This document shows, piece after piece, positions 60,381-64,000 of a DNA stretch of 64,000 nucleotides. Within the stretch, counting starts at the first letter, position 1. Each line of letters opens with the position of its first letter. A program made the position numbers and the translations under genes. The stretch covers positions 4,650,001 to 4,714,000 of the forward strand of contig NC_073396.1 in NCBI RefSeq assembly GCF_028641065.1, given 5' to 3'. This stretch comes from Leucoraja erinacea. Taxonomy: Eukaryota. The notes beneath the pieces are model-generated. The model worked only from the letters and a program-made list of their open reading frames with translations, was not told the DNA's origin and made no database searches.

Positions 60381-63300
60381 ACCTGACAAAAGATTAACAT
60401 CTGTACCACATGCTGTGGACATCCAAATGTTTCTCCAACTCCTCTGACAATCTTACTGGAAGCAGTGAAAGTTGAGGGAGCACAAGGACATCTTCTGTGG
60501 ACATTTCAAAATGAAGACAATGTGAGTGAAAGTCGACACTACACTGGAGATTAACTGGTTTGGAACATGTATACGGGAAAGATTAAAATGTAACATCAAG
60601 ATGTCAAACATTGAAGTTTGCTTTTATTTGCACTTTCTCCTCAACTACCAGGTTCACAGTGGGAAACTTGTGGAACTGAGCTCGACAAAGCAGCCCAAAC
60701 TTAAGTGTTCTGTGGGTTACATTTTGTTATAGAAAAAGTACTAAATAATGCTCACAAGAATACAGTCCAAAACAATTAGTTTGCATTTATTTTCAAACTG
60801 ATGTTAAATATATAGATAATTAAAAAATTGAAACGATTACATTTTCCAATTAAAGCTGCAAACTATATTTGAGCGTCAAATTTAGACCACCAGGGAAATA
60901 ATTACAATGACCTTTATTATAAGCTGCAGCCAGACGTTACCATAGAAATAATATTCCAAAGCAATAATACAGGCTCTATTTTGAAATGGAGCGAATGGCA
61001 TTAAAAAAAAAAAATAAGAGCAGGAAATGCTATTCCAGCCCCTCGAACCTGCATGAATAGAATCAAGGATGATATGTCACCTGAAACAACTATTTTCTTG
61101 CTTTGAATTTTTCTTTGAATGCAATCAACGGTCCTCTCAGGTGCACAATACCAAAGATGAGTTTTTAAAAAACTGATTTCAGCCCTACATAGCTTAGTTC
61201 TTAATTTGCCATTCTGTTTCACAGATGTACCACAGTGAATCTAGCCTCACTTCAACAATGGAATCCCAAGTTCAAGTTGGAGAAACCTTCTGTATATGTC
61301 ATTGTCTAGGTAAACAGACTTCCCATGTGGCCTAGGATGCATATTTCAGTTGGCTGAACAGCTCTACCTTGTCTCGCTCAGAAAAGGTAAGTGGGAGAAC
61401 AGGACTGATGGGCAGCATAGACCCAATAGCCTCCTCCTGTATCATAAGAAATGACAAATCCATGATAGAAATTTGGCAGAAACTTTTTACAGGTATTTGC
61501 CATCTGCCAACATCCCAATGCAACATCACATATTTAAATCTATGCCAATATTCAGTTGTTCCCACCAATGCACCCACAATTACCCCCCACCTCACAGAAG
61601 CTGTCTTGCTTACCAAGTTCCACACTTTGAGGGCTTTTATACTGAAAGAACACTTTCAAATATCATATTGATATACATTTGACCTTCAAAATTAAAATTA
61701 TTTAATAAGTGCTGGTCAATTATTAAGACATAACAATAACATAACCAGTTCACCATAATGGAAAGTAAACTTTTTAGGTAATACACAGCTTTTAATGGAC
61801 AAGCACAATTAAGTCAAGATATTTTGCCTTTTTCTATGTGCATTTATGTGTATAGTGCATTTATATACGCACTGGTTTTGTAACACAGGTAAGATAATAG
61901 TGTAGGCAATGGAACTTTTGAGGTACAGGAAATGCAAAATAATTTTATGCTGAGATTCATAAATATCAATAGCTTTTAACTTGCACGTAAACTGGCGGAT
62001 GTTAATTTGTGTTTATTGTGTGTTTTGTTGTTTATTATTACATGTATGGCTGCAGGCAATGACATTTCGTTCAGACCGAATGACAAATAAAGGATCTAAG
62101 TCTAAGTCTAAGTTAATGGTTAGAGGAAAGTCTTAAGCAGAATGATTTCCAGAACAGGAGGTGTAGCCAAATGGGACAGCATTAAAAGCTGAACATACAA
62201 GAGAACATGTGCAGAGGACAACTAAGTAAAGGCAAGTGTGAACCGTTTCAATTTAGTTTATTGTCACATGTACCAAGGTATAGTGAAAAGCGTTTGTTGT
62301 GTGCTATCCAGTCAGCAGAATGTTTACAGAGTACTATGTTTACATATCTGTTGTGCTGCTGCAAGTAAGAATTTCATTGTTCCATTTCGGAACATATGAC
62401 AACAAAACACTTTTGATGACTCTCTTGACTCTTGAACTTATCTAAAGCAAAATCAAGGAGCACAGAGACTGAAAAATTGAAGGCTTTTAAAACAGATGCT
62501 TTCTTAAAATTGCTTGTAGGTGAATATTAAAAGTCACAATCTCAGCTACTTGTGTTGCTGAATACTTAAGCAATTACACCAGAAGTTTTACACTGGCGGG
62601 GAAAGCAAAGGGTCCAAAATCATATGCAGCTGGTGGGATAGTACATGATATCATATACAGCTGGTGGTATAGTACAGTGTGTCCTGCTTCAGTCCATGGT
62701 GAACGATACCTACCCACATTGGCAACTTAATGCCGGAAATCAGATCCTGATCAACAAGACCCTTCTTACTGAAAACCAAAGTATCACTCCCAGAAAGGTT
62801 TAAGCAGAGTGCTGGGACTTGTCCAGGCCCAGCAGCCATCAAAAGGCATTGAATGTATGTGAATATCTCAACATTCACATTTTGAAAAATATCTCAAAGG
62901 TGTTAAATCAAACAATTTACCGAAGAATTCAAATATAAACAACTGAAAACGTGATTAGAAACACTAACGCTACCAAGTTAGTAAAGGTGACAGCAAGGCA
63001 GGAGAATGGGGTTAGTAGGGAGAGATAGATCAGCCATGATTGAATGGCAGAGCAGACCTGATGGGCCAAATGGCCTAACTATGCTCCTATCACTTATGAC
63101 CTTTTGGATGATTATGTGTTTACTTAATTATCTCACTTTGGGCTATTTCTCAGCATTGAATAAATATTGCAGTTTAATCTACAAGAAGTCTAACTTGATA
63201 AAGACTCTGCCCCATAATTCCCCAGCTTCTCAACATCACATGCACAAGTGACAAAAATATTTTGGGTAAAATAAAGTACCTCAAATTTTAACCTTCCATT

Positions 63301-64000
63301 TGATATTCTAGTCAAGTTTAAATCCAGCCAGTGTTATTCAACAAGCAAATGAATAACAATGCTATCCACTACATCAGTTTTCTTCAGAAATGGCCACATT
63401 ATCAACTCGGATATTTGCAACTTACACCAAACCTAACAAGTATTTACTTTTAACACCAATCCTATCTGTTTTATGTCAGAAATAAATGTTTTTAAATTCC
63501 AACTTAGAACAATCCAAAAATATACATCAAATATTTAAATGAAACACTTCAATAACTTAACAATCCAACTTTAAAACAGTGTCTTAATTACAGCAAGACA
63601 AGACAATGCAAACTCACTATGTATATATGACTACGATTTATACTTTCTTGTAAGGCAAAGCTGGAAAATTTAGATTCCAATTTTTTAACATCATACATTA
63701 CTGCTGGATCGGATGTGTTGCTGAATGATATTTAATTGTTAAATATTTGTTGCACTGATCAAGAACAGAGGCACAATTCATCACAACTTGATGATTTTTG
63801 TCCATTTTTTCCTGATCTAGCATTTATAAAAAAAGTTAATTCAAATGCAACATACATTTTCCAAAAATGAATGCAAGATAACAAAAGGGTATGGATTAAG
63901 GCTCCCTCATTTTAACAGCCGCATCAACCTGCAATAATTAGAAATTTGATATTCCTTACTAACCCAATCTTCATGTCCTTGCCCGCTGAAAGGTAAAAAA

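Noticed and set aside
53966-64000. SMURF1 first coding exon or a nested gene in intron 1
   Set aside because: No MSN..RRNG..KIRLT-like exon or CpG island seen; the short ORFs there are unrecognisable or repeat-derived.

Overview
Vertebrate nuclear DNA, most likely a cartilaginous fish (skate/ray-like; inferred from HE1/V-SINE, CR1 and Penelope-derived repeats). Left to right: two near-identical tandem UDP-glucuronosyltransferase genes with intronless coding regions (minus strand, UGT5-like); an intronless urotensin-II-receptor-like GPCR (plus strand); and 17 coding exons of the HECT E3 ligase SMURF1 (minus strand, frame-consistent GT-AG exons, first coding exon outside the window) with a probable long, repeat-poor 3' UTR. 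Introns and intergenic DNA carry CR1 and Rex1/Babar LINE fragments, V-SINEs, Harbinger-like MITEs and many copies of a short repeat with a hammerhead-ribozyme-like core, often as inverted pairs and once physically linked to a Penelope GIY-YIG C-terminal remnant. I found no clearly new multi-gene system. The most notable signals are the ribozyme-like Penelope repeats, a vestigial WW1 start in SMURF1, and patchy divergence plus frameshifted ER-retrieval tails in the UGT pair. Exon coordinates were read by hand; repeat boundaries are approximate; family comparisons are from memory, not database searches.
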